The position numbers and the translations under genes are program-made. The notes beneath the pieces were generated by a model. It worked only from the letters and a program-made list of their open reading frames with translations. It was not told the origin of the DNA and ran no database searches. This document shows, piece after piece, positions 32,590 through 42,846 of a DNA stretch of 64,000 bases (positions are counted from its first letter, which is position 1; every line of letters starts with the position of its first letter). Origin of the DNA: an uncultured Planctomycetaceae bacterium (GTDB lineage Bacteria; Planctomycetota; Planctomycetia; Pirellulales; PALSA-1355); the NCBI GenBank assembly GCA_963785305.1, contig CAWAUV010000008.1:960001-1024000 (forward strand). Direction: 5' to 3'.

Positions 32590-35500
32590 ATGTTCGCACA
32601 ATTCCTGCATAGGCCCGCGTTCGCGATCGTCATCTCGGTCATCATTCTGTTCCTCGGTGGCCTATCGATCAAAACCCTGCCGATCTCGCAATTTCCGAAT
32701 GTCGCGCCCCCGAGCGTGGTCGTCACGCTTGCCTATCCCGGCGCGAGCGCCAATGTCTTGGTCGACTCGGTGCTCGTGATCTTGGAGCAGGCCATCAATG
32801 GCGTGCCGGGCATGCGCTACATGGCCTCCGCCGCCACCAGCGCCGGCGAGGCGACGATCATGATCATCTTCGAGCCCGGCACGGATCCGAACGTGGCGGT
32901 CTTGAATGTTCAGAACCGCATTCAAACCGTCAAGCAAAGACTTCCTCCCCTGGTGGAACTGGAGGGGATCATCGTCATGCAGGCCATGACGAGCATGCTG
33001 ATGTACGTGAACATCTACAGCACGGATCCCGGCCACGACCAGAACTTCCTTTACAACTACGCCTATGTCAACATCGTGCCCGAGATCAAGCGGGTCCATG
33101 GCATCGGCAGCGCCATTATTCTCGGCAGCCGCGCCTATGCGATGCGGGTCTGGTTGGATCTCGACCGCATGCGCGCATACAACATAGGCTCCGAGGATAT
33201 CATGAAGGCGGTGGGCGAACAGAGCATGATCGGTTCGCCCGGACGACTCGGCCAAGCGACGGGCGTGAAGTCGCAAACAATCGAATACGTGTTGACCTGG
33301 GTCGGGCGTTACAACAAGCCGGAGCAGTATGAGAACATCATTCTGAAGGCGAATCCCAATGGCGAAATCCTGCGGCTCAAGGATGTCGCCAAAATCGACA
33401 TGGGGCCTTCCTACTACAATATCTACTCGGATATCGACGGCCATCCCTCGGCCGCCATCGTTCTCAAGCAACTTCCCGGCACCAACGCCGCCGTCGTCAT
33501 CGAGGAGGTCAAGCACCGACTCGAGGAGATCAAGGAAGCGTCGTTCCCTCCGGGCATGACCTTCGAAGTCAGCTACGACGTATCCAGCTTTCTCGAGGCC
33601 TCGATCGAGCAGGTGCTCCACACCCTGTTCGAGGCCTTCGTGTTGGTCTCGCTGGTGGTCTTCCTGTTTCTCGGTGATTGGCGCTCGACGTTGATCCCGA
33701 CCCTGGCGGTTCCGGTATCCCTGATCGGAACCTTCTTTTTCCTGCAGTTGTTCGGCCTATCGATCAACCTGATCACGCTCTTCGCGCTGGTGCTGGCGAT
33801 CGGGGTCGTGGTCGACGACGCGATCGTGGTGGTCGAGGCGGTGCATGCCAAGATGCACGAAAAGCACCTCTCGCCCTATCGAGCGACCAAGGAGGTCATT
33901 GGCGAGATCAGCGGCGCCATCATCGCCATCACCCTCGTGATGACCGCGGTCTTCGTGCCGGTGACTTTCATGACCGGGCCGGTCGGCACTTTCTATCGCC
34001 AGTTCGGCATCACGATGGCCACGTCGATCGTTCTCTCCGGCGTCGTCGCCCTGACGCTCACGCCGGTGCTCTGCGCGATGATTCTGAAGCCCCACTCCAG
34101 CCAGCCGAAAAAGCGCGGGCCGTTGGGCATGTTTCTGCATCTTTTCAACCGCGGCGTCGAGAGGGTCACGGGCCATTATGCTTCGTTCGTGCGCCGAGTC
34201 GTGACGCGCCGCGCGCTGACGATGCTCGTCATCACGGGCTTCGCCATCGGCATTTTCCTCGTGAACACGCAGCTTCCGCCGGGCTTTGTCCCGCTCGAGG
34301 ACCAGGGCATGATCTATGGCATCCTCCAGACGCCGCCCGGCTCGACGATCGAGTACACCAACGCCAAGTCGCACGAACTGCAGGAAATCGCCAAAACAAT
34401 CGATGGCGTCAACTCGGTCTCGTCGCTGGCCGGCTACGAGGTTCTGACCGAGGGCCGCGGCTCGAACGCGGGAACGTGTCTGATCAATCTGAAGCCTTGG
34501 TCCCGGCGCAAGATGACCTCGAAGCAGATCATCCAGCGGCTCGAGCACGAAGGCCGCCAGATGTCCAATGTCAAGCTCGAATTCTTCGAGCCGCCCGCGG
34601 TGCCTGGCTTCGGCGCGGCCGGCGGCGTGTCGTTGCGCGTCCTCGACAAGACCAACACGATGGACTACAAGCGGCTCGGGGAAGTGACCGACAAGTTCAT
34701 GAGCGCCTTGACGAAACGCAAGGAAGTTCGAGGCGTGTTCACCTTCTTCGCCAGCAACTATCCACAATATGAACTGGTCATCAACAACGACGTGGCCATG
34801 CAGAAGGGTGTCTCGATCTTCAAGGCGATGGACAACCTATCGACCGTCGTCGGCAGCACGTGGCAGCAAGGCTTCATCCTGTACAACCAGTTCTACAAGG
34901 TATTCGTCCAGGCCAAGCCGGAGTTCCGGCGGTACCCCGAGGATTTCGAGAATATGTTCGTCAAGAACGATCAGGGCGAAATGGTGCCCTATTCGTCGTT
35001 CATGACGCTCAACAAGCGACAGGGCTTGAACGAACTCAATCGCTATAATTTGTATCCTTCCGCCGCCATTCAATGCGACGCGGCGCCCGGCTATAGCACC
35101 GGCGAAGCCATCAACGCGATCAAGGAGGTTGGCGCCGAGACGCTGCCTCGTGGTTTTGCCCTCGGCTGGGAAGGCCTCTCGTATGACGAGGCAAACAAGG
35201 GCAACCTGGCTGTTTACATCTTCGTGATCGTCGTCGTGTTCGTCTATTTGGTGCTGGTCGCGCAATACGAGAGTTTCATTCTGCCGCTGGCGGTAATCAT
35301 GTCGCTGCCGGTCGGAATCTTCGGCTCCTTCCTCTTCCTCCAGGCAATGGGGTTGGCCAACGACGTCTACTGCCAAATCGGCATGGTCATGCTGGTCGGT
35401 CTGCTGGGCAAAAACGCCATTCTAATCGTCGAATTCGCGGTCCAGCGGCGCCACGAGGGCGCGAGCCTCGTCGAGGCCGCCATCGACGGAGGAAAATTGC

Positions 35501-35754
35501 GATTCCGGCCGATTCTGATGACCTCTTTCGCCTTCATCGCCGGTCTAATTCCCTTGGTCCGCGCCACCGGTCCCGGAGCGATCGGAAACCGCACCATCGG
35601 CACCACCGCCGTCGGTGGAATGCTCCTGGGAACCGTGATCGGGGTCTTGGTCATACCGGGCCTTTATTATTTGTTCGGTCGGCTTGATGGCGGTCGCAAA
35701 CTCATCAAGGACGAATCCGAGTCGACTCTCACCGAGTCCATCGTGCATCATTGA
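32590..35754 (+). CDS. RND efflux permease (AcrB/HAE1 type)
   Basis: 1054 aa; AIGVVVDDAIVVVE, GLLGKNAILIVEFA, RFRPILMTS. Confidence 0.95.
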   Translation: MFAQFLHRPAFAIVISVIILFLGGLSIKTLPISQFPNVAPPSVVVTLAYPGASANVLVDSVLVILEQAINGVPGMRYMASAATSAGEATIMIIFEPGTDPNVAVLNVQNRIQTVKQRLPPLVELEGIIVMQAMTSMLMYVNIYSTDPGHDQNFLYNYAYVNIVPEIKRVHGIGSAIILGSRAYAMRVWLDLDRMRAYNIGSEDIMKAVGEQSMIGSPGRLGQATGVKSQTIEYVLTWVGRYNKPEQYENIILKANPNGEILRLKDVAKIDMGPSYYNIYSDIDGHPSAAIVLKQLPGTNAAVVIEEVKHRLEEIKEASFPPGMTFEVSYDVSSFLEASIEQVLHTLFEAFVLVSLVVFLFLGDWRSTLIPTLAVPVSLIGTFFFLQLFGLSINLITLFALVLAIGVVVDDAIVVVEAVHAKMHEKHLSPYRATKEVIGEISGAIIAITLVMTAVFVPVTFMTGPVGTFYRQFGITMATSIVLSGVVALTLTPVLCAMILKPHSSQPKKRGPLGMFLHLFNRGVERVTGHYASFVRRVVTRRALTMLVITGFAIGIFLVNTQLPPGFVPLEDQGMIYGILQTPPGSTIEYTNAKSHELQEIAKTIDGVNSVSSLAGYEVLTEGRGSNAGTCLINLKPWSRRKMTSKQIIQRLEHEGRQMSNVKLEFFEPPAVPGFGAAGGVSLRVLDKTNTMDYKRLGEVTDKFMSALTKRKEVRGVFTFFASNYPQYELVINNDVAMQKGVSIFKAMDNLSTVVGSTWQQGFILYNQFYKVFVQAKPEFRRYPEDFENMFVKNDQGEMVPYSSFMTLNKRQGLNELNRYNLYPSAAIQCDAAPGYSTGEAINAIKEVGAETLPRGFALGWEGLSYDEANKGNLAVYIFVIVVVFVYLVLVAQYESFILPLAVIMSLPVGIFGSFLFLQAMGLANDVYCQIGMVMLVGLLGKNAILIVEFAVQRRHEGASLVEAAIDGGKLRFRPILMTSFAFIAGLIPLVRATGPGAIGNRTIGTTAVGGMLLGTVIGVLVIPGLYYLFGRLDGGRKLIKDESESTLTESIVHH

Positions 35755-36182
35755 CAAGGCCGTGCAATTGCGATGGCGATCGTTCGCCGATCGCTCCTGC
35801 TTTAGCCGCTCCGCGGAACCCCCAACACTTGGAGCCTATCCGACAACTGCTCCCGCTCCCTGTTGGGGAGAGGGCAGGGCGAGGCTCTTCATGGTGGCCA
35901 CGCGGCAGCCCGCTCGGTCGAAATCGTCGTTGCCTCGAACCACGCCCGCTCCGCGCGTTATTCGTTGGCGCGAAACGCCAGGGTGCTAGCGGCGCCAGCC
36001 CCGACAAACTAACCTTAGTCGATACCACGCGCATCGGAGCGAGACAACCTTCGTGACGGCTTATCGTCACGTTATGTTCACGGAAACCAACTCGCCGGCT
36101 GATCGGCTTGGGCTCCGCAGCGCGCGATTCACGAACAACGACTCGAAATAAATCCCCTCGACATTCGCGAAACAGGATCGTG

Positions 36183-36641
36183 ATGAGAGCCGCGCCTGCT
36201 ATCAATCTCTCTGATAGCGACCGCATGCTACTAGAACGCTGGGCACGCGGACGTTCGACGCCGGCGCGCTTGGTGTTGCGATCTAAAATAGTGCTCTTGG
36301 CGGCTTCTGGGTTGCTCAACAAGGAAATCGCCCGGGAGCTTCGCCGCGGCGCGAAGTCCGTATGCCTGTGGCGACGCCGATTTACGCGACAAGGCATTGC
36401 CGGCATCGAGAAGGATGCCCCGCGCGGCGGCAAACGGACCGAAAAGTCCGAGGCTTTAGTTCAGCGGATTATTCACAAGACCCTTCATGAGTCGCCTCCC
36501 CGCCGCTCCCGCTGGACCACGCGTTCGCTAGCGACGGCCTTGGGAACTTCGCCCGCCACGGTGCAGCGCGTGTGGAAAACCCACGGTCTGACGGGCGCCC
36601 GCGGCCGTGGAGCGCCGCTTCTTAAAATCCCATCTAATTGA
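36183..36641 (+). pseudogene. IS630-family transposase N-terminal HTH domains only (no DDE domain)
   Basis: RSKIVLLAA.G..NKEIA, WRRRF..G, DAPR.G, RWTTRSLA, TVQRVWK.HGL, then a stop. Confidence 0.75.
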
Positions 36642-36946
36642 ATCGCGCTTGCTAGCTGCGGGATTCCGCGAATCGAACACTTCGCAAGTGTTGATTTGTA
36701 ACGGGTGTTCGCGATTTACGATCATCTGGCATAACCGGCCGACGATAAAATCCTTCGTAATCGCGCTCTTGCACGAGCAAGACGCTCGCGAGAGAGCGCC
36801 CCGCCCACGAACGACCTCTTGATCCGACGAAGCCGGGCTGGCTTGGCGCCCAACTTGATTGGGACTCCGCCAAGCTTGTCTTAATCCCGCGCGGACTCGA
36901 ATCGCCGAACCCGCCGACAAGCGTAAGCTCATCAAGGACGACACGG

Positions 36947-38602
36947 ATGATGCCCTTAGTGAGAGTCGAGAACACGAAGCCTAGGAAGATCGCGATCGCG
37001 GTCGCAATAGCGTGCGCCATTTTGTTGGTTCCGCCGGGCTGTGGAATGCCCAAGCTCCGCGAGCCGCCACCGCCGCAAAGCGTGCCGCAAAGTTTCAGTT
37101 GGAGCAACCAGATTTCCGATCAAGCGACCACTTTGGAGAACACGGCCCAGGTCGGGTTCGCGGAGTTTTTCGAAGATCCGCGGCTCGTGAGCTTGATCGA
37201 CCAGGCGCTGATCGGCAACCAGAATCTGAATATCCTCTCTCAGAACATCGCGATCGCCAACAACGAGGTCATGGCGCGGCGCGGAGCGTATCTGCCCTTC
37301 ATCGCGGTGGGCACCAGCGCGTCGTTGAATAAATACAGTTACTACACGCTTCAGGGCGCCGACAATCTGGAAAACACGATTCCGGGCGGCGGCAACTTTC
37401 CCACTCCGCTGCCCGATTTCATGACCGCCGCCAACCTCTCTTGGCAGATCGACATTTGGCGGCAATTGCGCAACGCTCGAGATTCGGCGATGTTCCGCTA
37501 TTTCGGCTCCGTCGATGGGCGGAACTATGTCGTGACCCGTCTGATCGCCGATGTCGCCGAGAATTACTACCACCTGATGGCGCTCGACAAGCGGCTCGAG
37601 AATCTGAACTTCACCATCGCGCTCCAGGAACAAAGTCTCGAGATCGCCAAGGCCCGCAAGGCGGCGGCCCGCGGCACCGAGCTGGCTGTCCAACGTTTCA
37701 CGGCCGAAGTTCGCAAGAACCAGAGCGAAAAACTGATCATCAATCAGGAAATCATCGTCGTCGAAAATCAACTCAACTTCCTCCTCGGCCGCTTCCCGCA
37801 GCCGGTCGAACGCGATTCCGCCCAGTTCTTCGATCTGAACTTGCACACGCTCAGATTGGGAGTGCCCTCGCAGTTGCTTCAGAACCGACCCGATATCCGC
37901 GAAGCGGAGCGCCAGTTGGAGGCCGCCGGGCTCGATGTGCGGGTCGCCCGGGCCAACTTCTATCCCAAGATGTTCATCACGGCCGACGTCGGCTGGGAGG
38001 CATTCAACACAAGGTATCTGTTCGTGACTCCGCAATCGTTGATCTACAGCGTGGCCGGCGATTTGATCGGCCCGCTGATCAACAAGGCCGCGATCCGGGC
38101 CGAATACCTCAGCGCGAACGCTAGGCAAATCCAGGCCGTGTTCAACTACCAGCGCGTGGTCCTGAACGCGTTCATCGAAGTCGTCAATCGCATGGCCATG
38201 GTGGAGAACTACACCAAGAGCGTCGAGATCAAGAAGCGGCAGTTGGCGGCTCTCGAAACCTCGGTCGCGGTGGCCAGTAATCTCTTTCAAAATGCCCGCG
38301 TCGAATACATCGATGTGCTGTTCGCCCAGCGTGATATGCTCGACGCGCGAATGGTTTTGATCGATACCAAGCGGGAACAACTGTTCGCGATCATCAATAC
38401 CTATCAAGCGCTCGGCGGCGGTTTGGCGCCCAATGTCATTCCGCTGCCCGCGCTGCCGGGCGGCCCGGTCATGGAGCCGATGCCGGAGCCCCTGCCCGAC
38501 GCCGCGCCGGCGCCCGCCCCGCTGCCGGCGCCGCTGAAAGCGCCGGAGCCCGCCAAGGCGCCCCAGCCGGCCAACGCGCCGGAGCCGGTGGTGGCGCCTT
38601 AA
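36947..38602 (+). CDS. TolC/NodT family outer-membrane efflux lipoprotein
   Basis: LLVPPGC lipobox-like; FFEDPRL..LI..AL; SWQIDIW; PSQLLQNRPDIREAE; YQALGGG. Confidence 0.92.
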   Translation: MMPLVRVENTKPRKIAIAVAIACAILLVPPGCGMPKLREPPPPQSVPQSFSWSNQISDQATTLENTAQVGFAEFFEDPRLVSLIDQALIGNQNLNILSQNIAIANNEVMARRGAYLPFIAVGTSASLNKYSYYTLQGADNLENTIPGGGNFPTPLPDFMTAANLSWQIDIWRQLRNARDSAMFRYFGSVDGRNYVVTRLIADVAENYYHLMALDKRLENLNFTIALQEQSLEIAKARKAAARGTELAVQRFTAEVRKNQSEKLIINQEIIVVENQLNFLLGRFPQPVERDSAQFFDLNLHTLRLGVPSQLLQNRPDIREAERQLEAAGLDVRVARANFYPKMFITADVGWEAFNTRYLFVTPQSLIYSVAGDLIGPLINKAAIRAEYLSANARQIQAVFNYQRVVLNAFIEVVNRMAMVENYTKSVEIKKRQLAALETSVAVASNLFQNARVEYIDVLFAQRDMLDARMVLIDTKREQLFAIINTYQALGGGLAPNVIPLPALPGGPVMEPMPEPLPDAAPAPAPLPAPLKAPEPAKAPQPANAPEPVVAP

Positions 38603-38844
38603 AAGTCGGCGCTCTTCCATCGCCTTCCAATGCCGCGAGCACTGCTCGGCGAAAAATCGCGTTTTTGGGCAGCGTGTCCTCGCTGACGCCTCGGGTTGTG
38701 ATCGGAGGGCGTTCTGTCGTAACCCGAAACGTCAGCGAGCGCTTCCGCGATCCGCCCAGCACCATGCGTCTTGGCGCCGGCCGCGCTTATGGAAGAGCCA
38801 AAGCAAGTTCGCCTAAATGCCATCATCCGCTCCGCGATCTTGCC

Positions 38845-40359
38845 TGTTGTCAACCATTAGAAATGTCCCCATTGGTTAAAGGGTTGAAGGGGTTTTTGGA
38901 AAAGGAAGAATTGGCTGCTATCACGGAGGCGAGCGCTAGCGAGCCGGAGTGATAGCAGCCAATTTTCGCGGCCGGGGGTCGTCATCCGGTGGCGACAAGA
39001 TCGGGCTCTTGGAAGGTCGTGGGAGCGCGTTTCCGGCCCCGCCAAGGGTGGTTGGCGGCTGGGCGTTGGCCTTGGCTCGAACCGGTCGGTCCGGTCCGTT
39101 GCGGACGCTTGCGCGCCGCCGGCGGACGAACGTCAGCCGCTGTCCAAGTCCACTCGCGGCCGCCCGAGAAAATCCGCAGCCGCCCATCGGGCTGTTGGCA
39201 CACCTCCACTTTCTGGCCGGGCTGGACGAAAGGCGCCGACTCGGCGGGCAATTGCAAGAAACGGTTTCGCCAACGCATCGTCCAGTCGAACTGCACCGTG
39301 CGCAGTTCGCGCGCCGAGAGAACCCGATCGAGATCCACGCCCGCCGGCAGCGGCCGATGGGCGTCGCTGGGATCAGCCGCCGATCTGCCGAACTGCGTAT
39401 TGAACTCGCCCAGGAACGTCTCTTCCAAGAACGCATTGGCGCTCGTCAGGTCGCTGATTCCGAATCGCCGCAAGGCCTTGACCAGCCGATCTTGCAACGT
39501 GCGGTTGACCCGCTCGACGCGACCTTTGGCCTGGGGGCTGCGGGCCAGGATCAGTTCCACGTCCAGCTCGCGCATGGCCCGGCCGAACTGCGTTTCAGGC
39601 CGCTTTCCGCGGGCCAGCTCCTCCGGCGTCGGCTCGCGATCCGCACGATAAATGCTAGCCTGATCGACGTACAATCCCGCTGGCAAGCCGTGTCGGCGGA
39701 CATAACGGCCAAACGTTTCTTGTGCCGCCTCCAACGTCTCGGCTTCGAAGAACCGGGCGTAAATCGCGCCCGTCGCGTCGTCGATGATGACCATCAGCAC
39801 GGCCCAGCCGCGGCGTCCCTCGAACCAGTCGTGATGCGAGCCGTCCATCTGCTCCAAGTCGCCAAGCCGCGGACGCCGCGGTCGGCGGCGGCGGTGCTTG
39901 GCCCGCCGTCGCTCCCGGGTCCACAGTCCCGCCGCAAGCAACCACCGCCGCAACGAGCCCGCCGAAACCCGCAAGCCGTCTTCGCTCGCCAGGCATTCGG
40001 CCGCCAAGGTCGGCCCGTAGTCCGCGTATTTCTCTCGAAACAGCTCCAACGCCCGCTCCCGTTGCTCGCTCCGCCGGCCACGGTTGCTAGCACGGCCACG
40101 CAGGCCATGCGACAAGCCGGCCGTCCCATCTCGCTGGTAACGAGACCACGACCGCTTGGCCTGGCGATAGCTGATCTTCAACTGCCGCGCCGCCTCGCCC
40201 AAACTCCAACTCTTATCCAGCACGCGACCAAACGCGGCCAAACGCCGCAACTCCTTGACGCTCATCGTCCATGTCTCCATCGCCGCCTCCTTTCGAGGCC
40301 GCGACAATGGGGACATTTCTAATGAACGCCTATGGGGACATTTCTATTGGCGCATGACA
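38845..40359 (-). mobile_element. IS1202-like (ISNCY/IS481-related) insertion sequence
   Basis: Ends TGT-N8-ATTAGAAATGTCCCC (38845) and GGGGACATTTCTATT-N8-ACA (40359), with a second internal copy of the repeat at the right end. Confidence 0.85.
38982..40280 (-). CDS. IS1202/ISNCY-type DDE transposase
   Basis: AAGGAGG RBS; QMDGS.HDWFEGR, IDDATG, YVD, SPQAKGRVER..TLQDRL. Confidence 0.92.
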   Translation of the reverse strand: METWTMSVKELRRLAAFGRVLDKSWSLGEAARQLKISYRQAKRSWSRYQRDGTAGLSHGLRGRASNRGRRSEQRERALELFREKYADYGPTLAAECLASEDGLRVSAGSLRRWLLAAGLWTRERRRAKHRRRRPRRPRLGDLEQMDGSHHDWFEGRRGWAVLMVIIDDATGAIYARFFEAETLEAAQETFGRYVRRHGLPAGLYVDQASIYRADREPTPEELARGKRPETQFGRAMRELDVELILARSPQAKGRVERVNRTLQDRLVKALRRFGISDLTSANAFLEETFLGEFNTQFGRSAADPSDAHRPLPAGVDLDRVLSARELRTVQFDWTMRWRNRFLQLPAESAPFVQPGQKVEVCQQPDGRLRIFSGGREWTWTAADVRPPAARKRPQRTGPTGSSQGQRPAANHPWRGRKRAPTTFQEPDLVATG

Positions 40360-40898
40360 CGCGCGGGCCGCCGGTCGTGGGTGATTGGCGTATGGGGGCT
40401 GATTTCACGCCGGCCGTTAGCGGTGGTGGGGAGCGGTCATTGCGGGGGATGTTCGAACGGTTTGCCGAGCCATCGGCTTGCGCCCAAAAGCAACCCGCGA
40501 GAATTCCGCCGATGATTACTTCATTTGGCGTCAAGTCGATGCAACCACCGTGGCCAACCGTCGAGTCGATGATGACCGTCGCAATGATATAGGCAACGCA
40601 GGCGAGAAAGAGCAATCGCGTCATTCGGGCGGTTGCTCGCCGAACGGCCAAAAGAACTCGCGAAGGCAAGGAAATGGACGCCATCAAGGCATCATAACGA
40701 GCGGCGGGGCGCCGGGCGAGGGCGAGCCGCGGCCGCTTACTCGACCCGCGGGGCCAAATGGTCTACGATGGGATGAACGCGAGCGAATCCCGTCGGGCAT
40801 CAAGCCGCGGCCAAGGTCGAAGCGGCGGGGCCGCGATCATCTCCGATTGTCCCAGAGGGACCGTTCCACCCATGCACCAATTCCCGCGGAGCAGCGAA

Positions 40899-42820
40899 AT
40901 GCTCGATCAAACAGCGCCACGCTGGACCGCCTCCGACGCGGCCGAAGTCTACGAAGTGGCCCGCTGGGGCAAAGGCTATTTCTCGGTGTCCGAGAAGGGC
41001 CATCTGGTGGTGCATCCCACGAAAGAGCCGCACCGGGCGATCGACCTCAAGCAACTCGTCGATCGGCTGCAACTGCGCGGCATCGATCTGCCGATTCTGA
41101 TTCGCTTCGCCGGCATGCTCAAGCATCGTCTGGGCGAAATCCACGCCGCTTTCCAACACGCGATCACCGAACACAAATACAACGGCGCCTACTGCTGCGT
41201 GTATCCGATCAAGGTCAATCAGCAGCGGCAGGTGGTCGAGGAAATTCTCCGCTTCGGCCGGCTCTACAAGTTCGGGCTCGAGGCCGGCAGCAAGCCCGAA
41301 CTCTTGGCCGTGATCGCGCTCGCGACCAACGACACGCCGATTATCTGCAATGGCTTCAAGGACGCCGAATTCATCGAAATGGCGATGATGGCCCATAAGT
41401 TCGGCCGGCAGGTGATTCCGGTGGTCGAGAAATACACCGAGCTGGCGCTGATTCTGAAGTTCGCCGAGAAAATCGGCGTGCGCCCGGTGATCGGCATGCG
41501 CGTCAAGCTCGCGGCCCGGGGCGCGGGCGCTGGCACTCCTCGGGCGGCTTCCGCTCCAAGTTCGGGCTCACGGTCACGGAAATCCTGCGGGCTCTGACCG
41601 ATCTCAAGCAGCGAGGCATGGAAGACTGTTTCAAGCTGCTGCACTTCCATCTCGGCAGTCAGATCACGAACATTCGCCAGATCAAGGGCGCGCTCAACGA
41701 AGCGGTGCGCGTGTATGTCGAGCTCAAGAAGCAAGGCGCCGGGCTGGAATACATGGATGTCGGCGGCGGCCTGGGCGTCGACTACGACGGCTCGCAAACC
41801 AACTTCGAATCGAGCGTCAACTACACGCTGCAAGAATACGCCAACGATGTCGTCTACCATGTGCAAACCGTGTGCGACGAGGCCGACGTGCCCCATCCCA
41901 CGATCATCTCCGAAAGTGGGCGGGCCGTGGTCGCTTACCACAGCGCGCTGATCTTCGGAGTGCTCGGAGTCTCGGGCCTGGGCGAAAGCGACAACTCCGC
42001 CATTCGCCTGCCGGAGGAAGCGCCCAGCCGCTTCGCGATCTGATGGACACCTACCAACATCTCACGGTGCGAAATCTGCTCGAAGCCTATCACGACGCGC
42101 TCCAGAGCGCTCGACACGAGCATGAATCTCTTCACCACCGGCTATATGTCGCTCGATCACCGGAGCGTGGCCGAGAACCTGTTTTGGGCCATCGGTCACA
42201 AAATCCAGCGGTTGGTGCGGCAGATGGAGTTTATTCCCGAGGAACTCGAAAACCTCGACGCGATGCTCTCCGACACCTATTTCTGCAACTTCTCGCTCTT
42301 CCAGTCGATGCCCGATAGTTGGGCGATCAAGCAGTTGTTTCCGATCATGCCGATCCACCGGCTCGACGAACGGCCCACGCGTCCGGCCGTGTTGGGCGAC
42401 ATTACCTGCGATTCCGACGGCAAGATCGAGCAATTCATCGATCGCCGCGATGTGAAGAAGACCCTGCCACTGCATCCCTTCACCGGCGAGCCTTATTATT
42501 TGGGCGCGTTTCTGTTCGGCGCTTACCAAGAAATCCTGGGCGACATGCACAATCTGTTCGGCGACACGAATGCGGTGCATGTGAGCATGGACGAAAACGG
42601 CGAAGTGGTGCTCGAGACCGTGATCAAGGGCGACACGGTGCGCGAGGTGCTCGACTATGTCGAGTTCAATGTCGAGTCGCTGGTGCGTCAGCTGCGCAAC
42701 AGCGTGGAATCGGCGGTGCGCGAGTTGCGCATCAGCTACGAAGAAGCCGGCCGCTTCCTCCGCTTCTACGAAGAAGGGCTCCACGGCTACACGTATTTGG
42801 AAGAGCCGCACGAAAAATAA
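40899..42820 (+). CDS. speA: Biosynthetic arginine decarboxylase (frameshifts near 41527, 42021, 42108)
   Basis: VYPIKVNQ, GLEAGSKPEL, LHFHLGSQI, DVGGGLGVDYDG, NFSLFQSMPDSW, DITCDSDG, GAYQEILGDMHNLFG. Confidence 0.95.
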
Positions 42821-42846
42821 TCACGGCGTCGCGGCTCGAAGCCAGA

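Noticed and set aside
36053..36093. dif-like site (TTATGTTCACG)
   Set aside because: No proper XerC arm at the right spacing; a short hairpin explains it as well
38805..38832. dif/Xer-like site beside the IS1202-like element
   Set aside because: AGTTCGCCTAA resembles a XerC arm, but the XerD arm is unrecognisable
40319..40687. Small minus-strand ORF running into the IS end
   Set aside because: Hydrophobic start but no recognisable family; cannot be supported as a gene
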